Of a stretch of 64,000 nt of DNA, positions 55,463-64,000 are shown piece by piece. Made by a program: the position numbers and the translations under genes. Origin of the DNA: Alphaproteobacteria bacterium. GTDB taxonomy: Bacteria > Pseudomonadota > Alphaproteobacteria > Rs-D84 > CACZYB01. Location of the stretch: positions 22,749-86,748 of the forward strand of contig WQWV01000002.1 of the NCBI GenBank assembly GCA_009785175.1, read 5' to 3'. The notes under the pieces were generated by a model. It was not told the DNA's origin and made no database searches. It saw nothing but the letters and a program-made list of their open reading frames with translations. Within the stretch, counting starts at the first letter, position 1. Each line of letters starts with the position of its first letter.

Positions 55463-56974
55463 ATGTTCTCGAAAATCCAGACTTGCGCGTTTATGGGAAT
55501 CAAGACCTCGCTTGTGTCCGTCGAGGTGATGATTTCCGCGGGACTTCCGAAATTCGCGATCGTGGGTTTGCCGGACAAGGCGATATCCGAAGCGCGCGAG
55601 CGGATCACTTCCGCATTCTTATCCATGGGTTTGGCGTTGCCGCCGAAGAAGATTATCGTGAACTTGGCGCCGGCCGACGTGCTTAAAGAGGGCTCGCATT
55701 TCGACCTTCCCATCGCATTAGCAATTTTGGGTGCGCTTGATATCGTGCCGTCAGAGGAGGTCGCCAATTATTTGGTTATGGGCGAGTTGTCTTTGTCCGG
55801 CCACATAAAACCCGTGAACGGAATCCTGCCTGCGGCGATTGGTGCGAAGGATGCGGGACTTGGCATAATCTGTCCTGCGGCTCAGGCCGGCGAGGCGCTT
55901 TGGAGCGGGAACGAAAACTCGCTTGGCGCGAACACTTTGTCCGAAATCGTAAATCATTTCAAAGGTTCGCAGTTGATCGCACGCGCCGTCATGCCATCGG
56001 CGTTCGACGTTAAACATTCGGTCGACATGCGCGATATCAAGGGGCAGAACCAGGCTCGTCGCGCGCTTGAAATCGCTGCGGTCGGTTGCCACCACATGCT
56101 TATGATCGGGCCGCCGGGCGTGGGAAAATCCATGCTGGCTTCGCGTTTGCCTACTATTTTACCGCCGATGAATGCCAAGGAGATGCTCGAACTTTCCGTT
56201 ATAAATTCCGTGGCGGGCATGAAGATGGAAGAAGGTCTTTGCATATCGCGGCCGTTCCGAGCGCCGCATCACACCGCGTCGCAGGCTTCGCTTACCGGCG
56301 GAGGAATGCATGCCAAACCCGGCGAGGCGTCGTTGGCGCATAATGGCGTTTTATTCCTGGACGAACTTCCCGAATTCTATACGGCGTCGTTGGATTCTTT
56401 GCGCCAGCCGTTGGAGAACGGAGAGATTACAATCGCCCGGGCGAACGCCCACATAACCTATCCCGCGAAGTTCCAGCTTGTCGCCGCGATGAACCCGTGC
56501 AAGTGCGGGCATTTCGGGAATCCGAACAAGGCCTGTGCGTCCGCGCCGCTTTGCGCGCTTAAATATCAGAACCGAATTTCCGGCCCGATGTATGATCGAA
56601 TCGATTTGGTGGTAGAGGTCGAGAATCTTAATCCGTGGGAACTTAACACCATCGAGCCGAGCGAAGACTCCGCGACGATACGCGCGCGGGTTATACGTGC
56701 ACGCGAGTTCGAGATGGAGCGTTTGCGGCGCCACTTTGGCACCGACGGATTGTTGAACGCCGGACTTAGCGGCAAGCAAATCGAGGAGAGCGCGAACATG
56801 AGCCCGGACGCGCACTCTATGCTTATCAAAGCCGCGGAGAAATTCGGGTTGTCCGCACGCGGCTATTACAAAATTATGCGAATCGCGCGCACCGTCGCCG
56901 ATATGAGGTTCAGCGATTCCCTCGACACGCCGGACGTGAGCGAGGCATTAATGTTCAGACGAAAGGTAGGTTGA
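55463..56974 (+). CDS. comM: YifB/ComM-family Mg-chelatase-like AAA+ ATPase
   Basis: N-terminal Lon-protease-like domain, Walker A GPPGVGKS, ChlI domain. Confidence 0.85.
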   Translation: MFSKIQTCAFMGIKTSLVSVEVMISAGLPKFAIVGLPDKAISEARERITSAFLSMGLALPPKKIIVNLAPADVLKEGSHFDLPIALAILGALDIVPSEEVANYLVMGELSLSGHIKPVNGILPAAIGAKDAGLGIICPAAQAGEALWSGNENSLGANTLSEIVNHFKGSQLIARAVMPSAFDVKHSVDMRDIKGQNQARRALEIAAVGCHHMLMIGPPGVGKSMLASRLPTILPPMNAKEMLELSVINSVAGMKMEEGLCISRPFRAPHHTASQASLTGGGMHAKPGEASLAHNGVLFLDELPEFYTASLDSLRQPLENGEITIARANAHITYPAKFQLVAAMNPCKCGHFGNPNKACASAPLCALKYQNRISGPMYDRIDLVVEVENLNPWELNTIEPSEDSATIRARVIRAREFEMERLRRHFGTDGLLNAGLSGKQIEESANMSPDAHSMLIKAAEKFGLSARGYYKIMRIARTVADMRFSDSLDTPDVSEALMFRRKVG

Positions 56975-57240
56975 AAATGGGTATACCAGAATTTATACGA
57001 CGCCAGGACCCTGATTTCTTCGATAAAAGGGATAGGGATTTGAAACGTAGAAATGACAGAGGGAGAGGTGGCGGAAGGTCATATTCACGCAGCTATTCAT
57101 CGCGCTCTGATTATGTATCGCCAAACAGTATGGAAGGAAGATGGAGTGCAAAACCAACGGAGCTTTCTCAACTTGAAAAAGACGAAGCCGCGCGGCGCGT
57201 GAAACAAACACTTGCAAAAATGAAAGGAAACAGGAAATGA
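56971..57240 (+). CDS. hypothetical low-complexity basic protein (R/S/G-rich), GC-poor
   Basis: ORF overlapping comM stop. Confidence 0.35.
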   Translation: MKMGIPEFIRRQDPDFFDKRDRDLKRRNDRGRGGGRSYSRSYSSRSDYVSPNSMEGRWSAKPTELSQLEKDEAARRVKQTLAKMKGNRK

Positions 57241-57812
57241 GGCACTATAGAGAACTCGCGATGGTCGACGCATACGTCCGGCAGGCAAACAGCACGATAA
57301 AGCTTGTCGAAGACGACAACATAATCACAATTAGGAAGCGCTTGGATTACAATTGGCTTGACGCGGACTATAAATTCACCAACAAGGTATACAACGTGCT
57401 TGTTCCCGAATTGCGTTCGCCGATAAAGCTTAGCCGGACGAATGTTTATAAATCCGACGGGGGGGGGTGGGAATATTACGGCTGCTATTCGTCCATATAT
57501 GTAGGATCGCTTACCCCATACAGCTATTCATCGTCAGTAAACTGCGACGCGGACGAAATGTTCAACCTTATTGAAAAGCAAATCGAAAACGGAAAGAAAT
57601 GTATCCTTGCAATCAGATATGAAAATAGAAACCAAAAACCGGGCGACGCCTCGATGGAACATAGAAAAAGACAGGCGCAAGCCCACGCCGACTGCGATGC
57701 GGAAGCATTCTTTAAGATTAGAAAAGCCGCAACGAAAGTCGCAACTGTGCAAGACATAGCGACGGCGAAAAAGACCCTTAAGGCCATAATGAACGACAAA
57801 CGGAAAAGGTAA
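57237..57812 (+). CDS. hypothetical protein (191 aa) with in-frame G9 tract (57459-57467, codons GGG GGG GGG)
   Basis: ORF; GC-poor. Confidence 0.45.
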   Translation: MRHYRELAMVDAYVRQANSTIKLVEDDNIITIRKRLDYNWLDADYKFTNKVYNVLVPELRSPIKLSRTNVYKSDGGGWEYYGCYSSIYVGSLTPYSYSSSVNCDADEMFNLIEKQIENGKKCILAIRYENRNQKPGDASMEHRKRQAQAHADCDAEAFFKIRKAATKVATVQDIATAKKTLKAIMNDKRKR

Positions 57813-58027
57813 AATAGAAAGTAAGCAAAAACTGGTCAAAGAAGAAAGCATACGTCTTTAACAAAAGCAAGGAATTGATACCCTCGCCCGATGCTAAAAT
57901 AGAACGACCGTGCAAAATCCGCGTTGGCCGCTATAAAGCACCTTATACTATAATTATCTGGATTGCATCTGCTACGCGTTCCCTCTGTTCCCGGCTTGTG
58001 GGGGGGGGGTAATGACGAGAGAGAGCT

Positions 58028-58753
58028 CTATCGCGCCTCGTATTTCTTCATATAATTCGGACTGAACTTCTTGGTATTGAACCATTGGAATTTCGTCGCG
58101 CCGTGCACGGGGATAATAGTGTGCGTGCCCGGAAGTCCGCGAGCGGTTATATTATTCTGCGCTTCGGCAGCAATCTCGTCGATATCAAGCGCAGAGCCAA
58201 GCACCAACTTCGCAACCGTAATCGCATAAAGCGCGTGCGTGTGCGCGAACGCGACCTCGGACAGCAGGGACAAATCCCACCACATATCACGCTCGAAGGC
58301 GATCTGGGCTATGGGTTTAGTGCTATAATATTTCTCGGCCATATTATATACGGTGGTGCCGAAATAGCGGTCGCCGCTTTCGAGCGCATTTTTATAAACG
58401 CTCATGTCGCCATTGAATGGCGAGGTGATTCCCGGGTGGATATTTGTCATCATGGCGCGCCCGGTAAGGTCGTCGGGCACGTTAGCCCTGTATCCGGCAA
58501 GCGCTACAAGCTTGATATTAGGATTTTGCCTTAGGAAGTTGCGAAGCGCGGCGGATTGGTAATCGGTCGAGAAGTGGTGAACTTCGACGCCTAGGTTTTC
58601 AAGTTTGCCATAAATCCCGGCATGACCCGGCGCCATGTCGCTTCCGCCGATAAAGTCGATGTTGGGATAGTGCGTCTTAGAATACTTTACTATTTCCGCC
58701 GCGTCAGATCCGCCGCCGGAAGCCATGACCAGAACTGTGGGCCGCGACTTCAT
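58028..58753 (-). CDS. formyltransferase, PurN (GAR transformylase) family, divergent paralog A
   Basis: SGGGSDAAEIV folate loop, NIHPGI (Asn/His catalytic pair), 241 aa. Confidence 0.6.
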   Translation of the reverse strand: MKSRPTVLVMASGGGSDAAEIVKYSKTHYPNIDFIGGSDMAPGHAGIYGKLENLGVEVHHFSTDYQSAALRNFLRQNPNIKLVALAGYRANVPDDLTGRAMMTNIHPGITSPFNGDMSVYKNALESGDRYFGTTVYNMAEKYYSTKPIAQIAFERDMWWDLSLLSEVAFAHTHALYAITVAKLVLGSALDIDEIAAEAQNNITARGLPGTHTIIPVHGATKFQWFNTKKFSPNYMKKYEAR

Positions 58754-58756
58754 AAA

Positions 58757-59488
58757 TTATCGTCCCGAGTATCTTTTCATGAACCTGGCATCGAACGATT
58801 TGGCATCGAATCCATTGAATTTCGAAGTTCCGTTGGCGGGTATAATGGTTGTGGCCACGGGAAGGTCGCGCTGTTCAAGATTCTTTTGCGCCGTCGCCGC
58901 TATCTTTTCCATATCAAGCCCCTTTTCGGCGCCCATCGCACGGTTCGCAAGAACTATGGGATAGAACGCGTGCTCGTGGGAAAGTCCGATTTGGCGGAAC
59001 GTGTCCAAATCCCAAAACTCGCTTCGTTCAAAGGCAAGCTGCGCTATGACGGGGCCGGCATCGTGATCGCTGGTGGCCTTGTGCACCGTTGCGCCGCTAT
59101 AGTAATCGCCGGCCTCGATGGCGTCGGCATAGGCGTCCTTGCTTCCTTGATAGAGCGGAAAAATGCTTGGGTGAATGTTTATAATATCGTTATCGGCGAC
59201 CATATCGTCAGGAAGGAACATCATGTATCCGGCAAGCGCGGTAAGTTGCACCTCTGGATTTTTAAGAAGGAATTCGCGGATTGCGGCGAAATCGTCGTTC
59301 GACGGCATGTGCTTGACCTCGACGCCAAGTTTTTGAAGGCGTTCATAGATTCCAGCCTTGCCCGGCGCCTTGTTGCAACCGCCTATGAATTTGATGGGCA
59401 GTTTGTTTGACTGGGCGTATTTGACTATTTCTTCGGCGTTCGAGCCGCTTCCGGACCCAAGTATAAGCACTTCGTGTTGCGATTTCAT
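58757..59488 (-). CDS. purN: phosphoribosylglycinamide formyltransferase PurN-like, paralog B
   Basis: GSGSGSNAEEIV, NIHPSIFPLY, …VHKATSDHDAGPVIAQ… align closely with PurN incl. catalytic N/H/D. Confidence 0.6.
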   Translation of the reverse strand: MKSQHEVLILGSGSGSNAEEIVKYAQSNKLPIKFIGGCNKAPGKAGIYERLQKLGVEVKHMPSNDDFAAIREFLLKNPEVQLTALAGYMMFLPDDMVADNDIINIHPSIFPLYQGSKDAYADAIEAGDYYSGATVHKATSDHDAGPVIAQLAFERSEFWDLDTFRQIGLSHEHAFYPIVLANRAMGAEKGLDMEKIAATAQKNLEQRDLPVATTIIPANGTSKFNGFDAKSFDARFMKRYSGR

Positions 59489-59499
59489 TTTATTTTTCC

Positions 59500-59691
59500 T
59501 TAGCGGGTTTTAGAATTGGCGGTGGCGTTCAACTTGGTCGATTGCATGTGCTCGCGGAAACCATCAACTATGAATGCGCCCATGGTAAGAATAGTGGCAA
59601 GCAGGAGAAGGCCGCCGATTATGGATGCACCCAAATCCGAGCTTTGGCTTTCGTTTGCTGGCGCGACGGGAGTTTTGTGTGTAGCTTTCAT
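59500..59691 (-). CDS. small single-TM protein (63 aa), hypothetical
   Basis: AAAAGGA SD. Confidence 0.35.
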   Translation of the reverse strand: MKATHKTPVAPANESQSSDLGASIIGGLLLLATILTMGAFIVDGFREHMQSTKLNATANSKTR

Positions 59692-59841
59692 ATAATAATC
59701 CTTTTAGGTTCTTTTACGAACTAAATTACTAAATAATATAATTTTGTCAAGCAAAACTTTATCGGGAAGTCGCGTGGGCAACAGTAATCAGGATTGACAT
59801 TTGCGCGCGGCTATCCTAAACTTGACCCAAGGAGAGCAGGT

Positions 59842-60015
59842 ATGAAAAAAATTCTTTTGATAGGTATGTTCGTGGCGGCATGCAACTCGCAGTTCGATCC
59901 CTCGCCGGTCGGTGTCGGTTTCGACGCGAACGAGCTTAAAACTTCGCCATGCGCCTGTATCCAGATTGAAAACAAACCCGGGCTTCCCGAATGGTTCGCG
60001 AACGCGATGGCATAA
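59842..60015 (+). CDS. small lipoprotein (57 aa)
   Basis: MKKILLIGMFVAAC lipobox; AAGGAGAG SD. Confidence 0.45.
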   Translation: MKKILLIGMFVAACNSQFDPSPVGVGFDANELKTSPCACIQIENKPGLPEWFANAMA

Positions 60016-60770
60016 ACAATCCTGAGGGGGCTTTCGACGCTGTATTCCCTTTCAACTCCGACGCGGGCACGGACGGATCGCGCAGATACATAGCCGGAAT
60101 ACACAAACTCTCGCGCCTTGCCTTTGCCGCGGTCATGCTTTGCGCCGTAGTGTTGCTTGCCAGCGTGTTCAAAGCTTACGACATAGGCGTGCAACCCTTC
60201 TTGATCGCATGGGACGCAAAAGAACGCGAATTCCGAATCGTTCCCCAATCGCGCGGCGGAAACGTCCGCCACATGGACGAGCGCCGATTCCTTGAGGAAG
60301 CGTTCGTGCGAGAATATATAACGCGAATGTTCGGAGTCTCTTCTATTGCGGCAGTAAACGAATCGAATTGGTGCGGCTGCGAGCGGACTTTGCAGTTTGG
60401 CGCCTATAATCCCAGCGGGCGGTGCTTCGTTTGCAACTTTTCAAGCCCGGCGGTATACGAGACGTTCGCGGTGAACCTTTTGCCCCTTCTTCAATCCCAA
60501 GTTGGCGCAAGACCGGTCAAGATAAACGATGTCCGCCTTTTGGATTCATGGAGCGACCCGAGGCCTACGGGCGTGGCCGCCTTCATGCCGGGGGCAAGGA
60601 ATGCCGTCCGCAACATGTATTCCGAATATCGAATCGATTTCGAGGCGATCGGAGGCGAACGCCTGAGCGCCAACATATTCGTAGTAGGGCCGCTTGACAA
60701 CCCCTCGGGCTTTTATATGGTGCGCGGGGCAAGATTCTATTTCACGCCAGAAGCAAGGTGGGTAAAATGA
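59991..60770 (+). CDS. hypothetical bitopic membrane protein (N-terminal TM + ~200 aa periplasmic domain)
   Basis: start uncertain (several in-frame Met). Confidence 0.45.
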   Translation: MVRERDGINNPEGAFDAVFPFNSDAGTDGSRRYIAGIHKLSRLAFAAVMLCAVVLLASVFKAYDIGVQPFLIAWDAKEREFRIVPQSRGGNVRHMDERRFLEEAFVREYITRMFGVSSIAAVNESNWCGCERTLQFGAYNPSGRCFVCNFSSPAVYETFAVNLLPLLQSQVGARPVKINDVRLLDSWSDPRPTGVAAFMPGARNAVRNMYSEYRIDFEAIGGERLSANIFVVGPLDNPSGFYMVRGARFYFTPEARWVK

Positions 60771-61456
60771 GCCTACGTATCGCCACTTCGCGGTTTATGC
60801 TTACTATCACAAGCCTTGTTTGCATCGGGCTGGCTGCGCTTTTGTTGGTCGGCTCGATCGGCTTCTATAACGCTATCGGGCAAGAGGCGGTGCGGGGAAT
60901 CGTAATTCAGGACGCGAAATCCGAAATCAAAGGCATGGTGTTCACACCGCTTGTAATGGCTGCCCTTGGCCGCGAAAAGCGCGAGGAGATCCTTCGTAGG
61001 CTTATCGTGCAATACATCGTGCAGCGCTATACGTTGAGCGGCAGCGAGGCCGAGATGAGGCGCGTGTTCGGAACCGGATCCATATTCGACATGACGGGCG
61101 CGGCGCTTAAGCTTGCCTCGTATAGTCCAGAGCAAGGGGATTACGGCCAGCCGTTCGCCTCGATTGTCGCCGAGGCCGAAGAACGGGGGCGCCTTTTGAC
61201 CGAGGGAACAACGCGCACCGTCGAAATCATCGGCCAACCGCAGCTTTATAAAGATATGTGGATCACAAATGTCGATTTTATCTATCGAACGCCCGGGATT
61301 TGGCGGCGCGAGGACGCTACGCGCGAATCGTATGAGATCCAGATGGTGCTTGAGCCGTTCGGGGCGTTGCGGATGCCCTCGACCGCCGCACGCCTTGGGG
61401 TGGCAAGCGCCATGTTCGATTGGTATATAAAGTCGATTAATAGGGTGAAGAAGTAA
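60758..61456 (+). CDS. hypothetical bitopic membrane protein (N-terminal TM + periplasmic domain)
   Basis: overlaps previous stop. Confidence 0.45.
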   Translation: MGKMSLRIATSRFMLTITSLVCIGLAALLLVGSIGFYNAIGQEAVRGIVIQDAKSEIKGMVFTPLVMAALGREKREEILRRLIVQYIVQRYTLSGSEAEMRRVFGTGSIFDMTGAALKLASYSPEQGDYGQPFASIVAEAEERGRLLTEGTTRTVEIIGQPQLYKDMWITNVDFIYRTPGIWRREDATRESYEIQMVLEPFGALRMPSTAARLGVASAMFDWYIKSINRVKK

Positions 61457-61466
61457 TCCAGAGCAA

Positions 61467-61560
61467 GCCAGAACGCCGAGCTGGGCGGCCGCGCAGTATT
61501 GCGCGCTGACCTGCGTGGGGGCGGCGTTCAGCGCGCAGCTCGATAAATCGAGCTAAAAAA
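61467..61560. repeat. R3 structured repeat copy (stem GCGCGCTGAC/GTTCAGCGCGC, loop CTGCGTGGGGGCGGC)
   Basis: 5' arm GAACGCCGAGCTGGGCGG. Confidence 0.8.
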
Positions 61561-61772
61561 CTATCTATAGGAGAGAATCGCGCCAATGGGAAACTTTTGC
61601 CAAAAAATACCCTTTTTAGACGCAAAAACGACGTAAAAACCTCTAAAAATTTGTCAGCTAAAATATTACACTTTTATTTGATTTTCTAAGTGATTGTTTT
61701 TCCCAAATCAAAATCAGGTCAAGAAAAAAATTAGTAAAAAATAACAAAATATTGATTTACAGGAGGGGCAAA

Positions 61773-61788
61773 ACACTATATATTGTGT
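61773..61788 (+). promoter_or_regulatory. NrdR box ACACTATATATTGTGT upstream of nrdD
   Basis: matches NrdR operator consensus acaCwAtATaTwGtgt; 70 nt upstream of start. Confidence 0.5.
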
Positions 61789-61861
61789 TTAGAGAAGGAA
61801 AACATTCTAGGGCTTGGGTTTATGGGGGTTAATCACTCGGCCACTTAAAAAGGAGATCGAA

Positions 61862-63883
61862 GTGTCGGATAAGGTTGTAGAGCTTGTTGCACTTGTAAAA
61901 GCAAACCCGAAAAGTATTCTTAGTCGGGCGGGCGACATCGTCGCGTTCGACGCAAACAAAATTTTCAATGCCATAAAACTTGCCGGAGATGCCACCGTCC
62001 CGTTCGAAAACGCGAAGCTTGTAGCCCTTACCAACCAAGTCATAGAAGTCATCAACTCGAAATATTCAGAAACCCAGGTCATAGAGCAGGAGAAAATCCA
62101 GGACATAGTCGAGCTTGTCCTTATCCAATCCGGTTATGCACAAACCGCGAAATCCTATATACTTTACCGCGCAAAACGCGAAGCCGCACGTTCCGACGAG
62201 AAGGTCAAGATGGACATCGGCGCGGCGGTCGAGGACTATATCGGCCAGCTTGATTGGCGTGTGAACGAAAACGCGAACCAGGGATACTCGCTTGGCGGGC
62301 TGATCCTTTCCATTTCCGGCAAGGCGATCGCCAACTACTGGCTTTCCCACATATACGCACAAGAAGTCGGCGAGGCGCACAGGAACGGCGACTATCATAT
62401 ACACGATTTGAGCATGTTGTCCGGCTATTGCGCGGGCTGGAGCCTTCGCATGCTTCTCGAAGAGGGATTCAACGGCGTGCCGGGACACATCGAATCGGTG
62501 GCGCCCAAGCACCTTAGCGCCGCGGTCGGCCAGATGGTCAACTTTATGGGCACGTTGCAGAACGAATGGGCGGGCGCGCAGGCGTTCTCGTCCGTCGACA
62601 CATACCTTGCCCCGTTCGTGAAGCTCGACAACATGAGCTATAAAGATGTCAAACAGAAAATCCAGGAGCTTGTATTCAACCTTAGCGTGCCTTCGCGCTG
62701 GGGCACACAAACACCGTTCACGAACTTCACCTTCGACTGCGTATGCCCGGACGATTTGAAGAAGCAACATCCGCGCATCGGCGGCAAAGAAGTCGACTTC
62801 ACATACGGCGAACTTCAAAAAGAAATGGACATGATCAACCTTGCCTATATCGAAATCATGACCACCGGCGACGCAAAGGGACGGCCGTTCACATTCCCCA
62901 TACCGACATACAACATAGCGAAAGACTTCAAATGGGAGGGCGAGTTCGCCGACGCGCTTTTCGAAATGACCGCGAAATACGGCCTTCCGCAGTTCCAGAA
63001 CTTTGTCAGCTCGGATTTGAACCCAAGCGACGTGCGCTCGATGTGCTGCCGTCTGAGGCTTGACGTCAAGGAGCTTTTGAAACGCGGAAACGGGCTTTTC
63101 GGTTCGGCCGAGCAGACCGGCTCGATCGGCGTGGTGACCATAAACTGCGCGCGTCTTGGATATAACCACAAGGGCGACTGGGACGGCATGATGGCGCGCC
63201 TTGACCACCTTATGTATTTGGCCAAAAACTCGCTTGAGATCAAGCGCAAGATGTGCCAGAAGTTCATGGAGGGCGGGCTTTATCCGTTCACGAAGCGCTA
63301 TCTTGGCACCTTCCGCAACCACTTCTCGACAATCGGCGTCAACGGTGTCAACGAAATGATCCGCAACTTCACGGGCGACGAATACGACATAACCGACCCG
63401 CGCGGGCAGCAGATGGCCGTCGATTTCCTTGTCCACATTCGCGAGAAGATGAAGGAATATCAGGAGGAAACCGGGAACCTCTATAACCTCGAGGCGACGC
63501 CCGCAGAGGGCTGCACATACCGTTTCGCGCGCGAAGACTCGAAGCGCTATGACGACATAATCCAGGCCGGAACCAAAGAGGCGCCCTATTACACAAACTC
63601 GTCCCAGATTCACGCCGGGCACACCGACGATCCGTTCGAAGCCCTTGATTTACAGGACACTTTGCAATCGCTTTACACCGGCGGAACTACGCTGCACCTT
63701 TATATGAACGAGCGCATTTCGGATTCGAACGTTTGCCGCAACATCATCAAAAAAGTTTTCGAGAACTACCGCGTGCCGTCGATCACGATCACGCCCACCT
63801 TCTCGATTTGCCCAAGACACGGGTATTTGACCGGCGAGCACGAATACTGCCCGCTTTGCGACGCCGAAATCATTAAAAGATAA
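61862..63883 (+). CDS. nrdD: anaerobic ribonucleoside-triphosphate reductase, class III (GTG start)
   Basis: ATP-cone-like N-terminus; …GDYHIHDLS… and following block align with T4/E. coli NrdD; C-terminal Cys cluster and glycyl-radical-like PRHGYL; AGGAGA 7 nt upstream of GTG. Confidence 0.8.
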   Translation: MSDKVVELVALVKANPKSILSRAGDIVAFDANKIFNAIKLAGDATVPFENAKLVALTNQVIEVINSKYSETQVIEQEKIQDIVELVLIQSGYAQTAKSYILYRAKREAARSDEKVKMDIGAAVEDYIGQLDWRVNENANQGYSLGGLILSISGKAIANYWLSHIYAQEVGEAHRNGDYHIHDLSMLSGYCAGWSLRMLLEEGFNGVPGHIESVAPKHLSAAVGQMVNFMGTLQNEWAGAQAFSSVDTYLAPFVKLDNMSYKDVKQKIQELVFNLSVPSRWGTQTPFTNFTFDCVCPDDLKKQHPRIGGKEVDFTYGELQKEMDMINLAYIEIMTTGDAKGRPFTFPIPTYNIAKDFKWEGEFADALFEMTAKYGLPQFQNFVSSDLNPSDVRSMCCRLRLDVKELLKRGNGLFGSAEQTGSIGVVTINCARLGYNHKGDWDGMMARLDHLMYLAKNSLEIKRKMCQKFMEGGLYPFTKRYLGTFRNHFSTIGVNGVNEMIRNFTGDEYDITDPRGQQMAVDFLVHIREKMKEYQEETGNLYNLEATPAEGCTYRFAREDSKRYDDIIQAGTKEAPYYTNSSQIHAGHTDDPFEALDLQDTLQSLYTGGTTLHLYMNERISDSNVCRNIIKKVFENYRVPSITITPTFSICPRHGYLTGEHEYCPLCDAEIIKR

Positions 63884-63945
63884 TTTGAATTAGAAAGACG
63901 ATTTACGTAAGGGAAACGACCAACAAAGACTAAAAGGGAGGAGAA

Positions 63946-64000
63946 ATGTCTATGTCAACGAATGCTACGAACAGAACCAAATGCGAAGTCTGGACCCGCG
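63946..64000 (+). CDS. possible anaerobic RNR activase (5' end only)
   Basis: GGGAGGAG SD then ATG; position immediately downstream of nrdD. Confidence 0.25.
   Translation, partial: MSMSTNATNRTKCEVWTR

Noticed and set aside
59991-61456. VirB8-like type IV secretion components
   Set aside because: Only the generic topology (N-terminal TM plus a periplasmic domain) matches. There is no sequence motif support and no neighbouring T4SS genes.
1-64000. CRISPR array
   Set aside because: The many repeats are not regularly spaced direct repeats with unique spacers. They are dispersed hairpin elements of several families.

Overview
This 64 kb window is a chromosomal segment from a Gram-negative, probably proteobacterial, genome with mostly GC-rich coding sequence. 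Most genes are housekeeping and almost all have recognisable homologues. No transposase, phage integrase or CRISPR array is visible; xerC is the only recombinase.

Genes recognised:
- rph (5' part) and the zapB-zapA pair, with a CpoB-like protein and lpxD.
- ruvC and an archaeal-type Asp/Asn-tRNA ligase.
- A complete NAD salvage cluster (nadM-pncB-pncA, then nadE-nudix-nrtR) followed by an initiator-like tRNA-Met.
- mlaE and a GT8 glycosyltransferase.
- A fragmentary division cluster (mraZ, then inserted DNA, then rsmH-ftsL-ftsI).
- A TolC / HlyD / split-MacB efflux operon.
- smpB and the divergent rsmI/lpoA pair.
- rarA, rmuC, then def-[inserted gene]-fmt.
- xerC, a PEBP protein and a PEP-utilising enzyme.
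- mlaA, rluC and asmA, then tRNA-Leu and comM.
- Two tandem PurN-like formyltransferases.
- An NrdR-box-controlled class III ribonucleotide reductase gene, nrdD.

Three things are not ordinary:
1. Nearly every intergenic gap carries structured repeats from at least three families. Each family has a conserved core and stems that change by compensatory substitution. Two copies of one family sit in frame inside fmt and rsmI.
2. Eight G/C tracts of 9-10 nt and one of 8 nt are present, against a composition-based expectation of roughly two. Three of them sit in the spacer of a TTGACA promoter, and three others sit in frame inside coding sequence. This looks like a set of slippage-prone contingency loci.
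3. One of those promoters heads a GC-poor operon (33032-34666) with no recognisable homology. It encodes three mutually paralogous small proteins with an N-terminal Cys cluster, plus a fourth small protein. This is the best candidate for an undescribed system.

Both tRNA genes are followed about 160-180 bp downstream by an exact copy of their own 3' end. The tRNA-Leu locus is bracketed by two hairpins with a conserved 21-nt loop and covarying stems.
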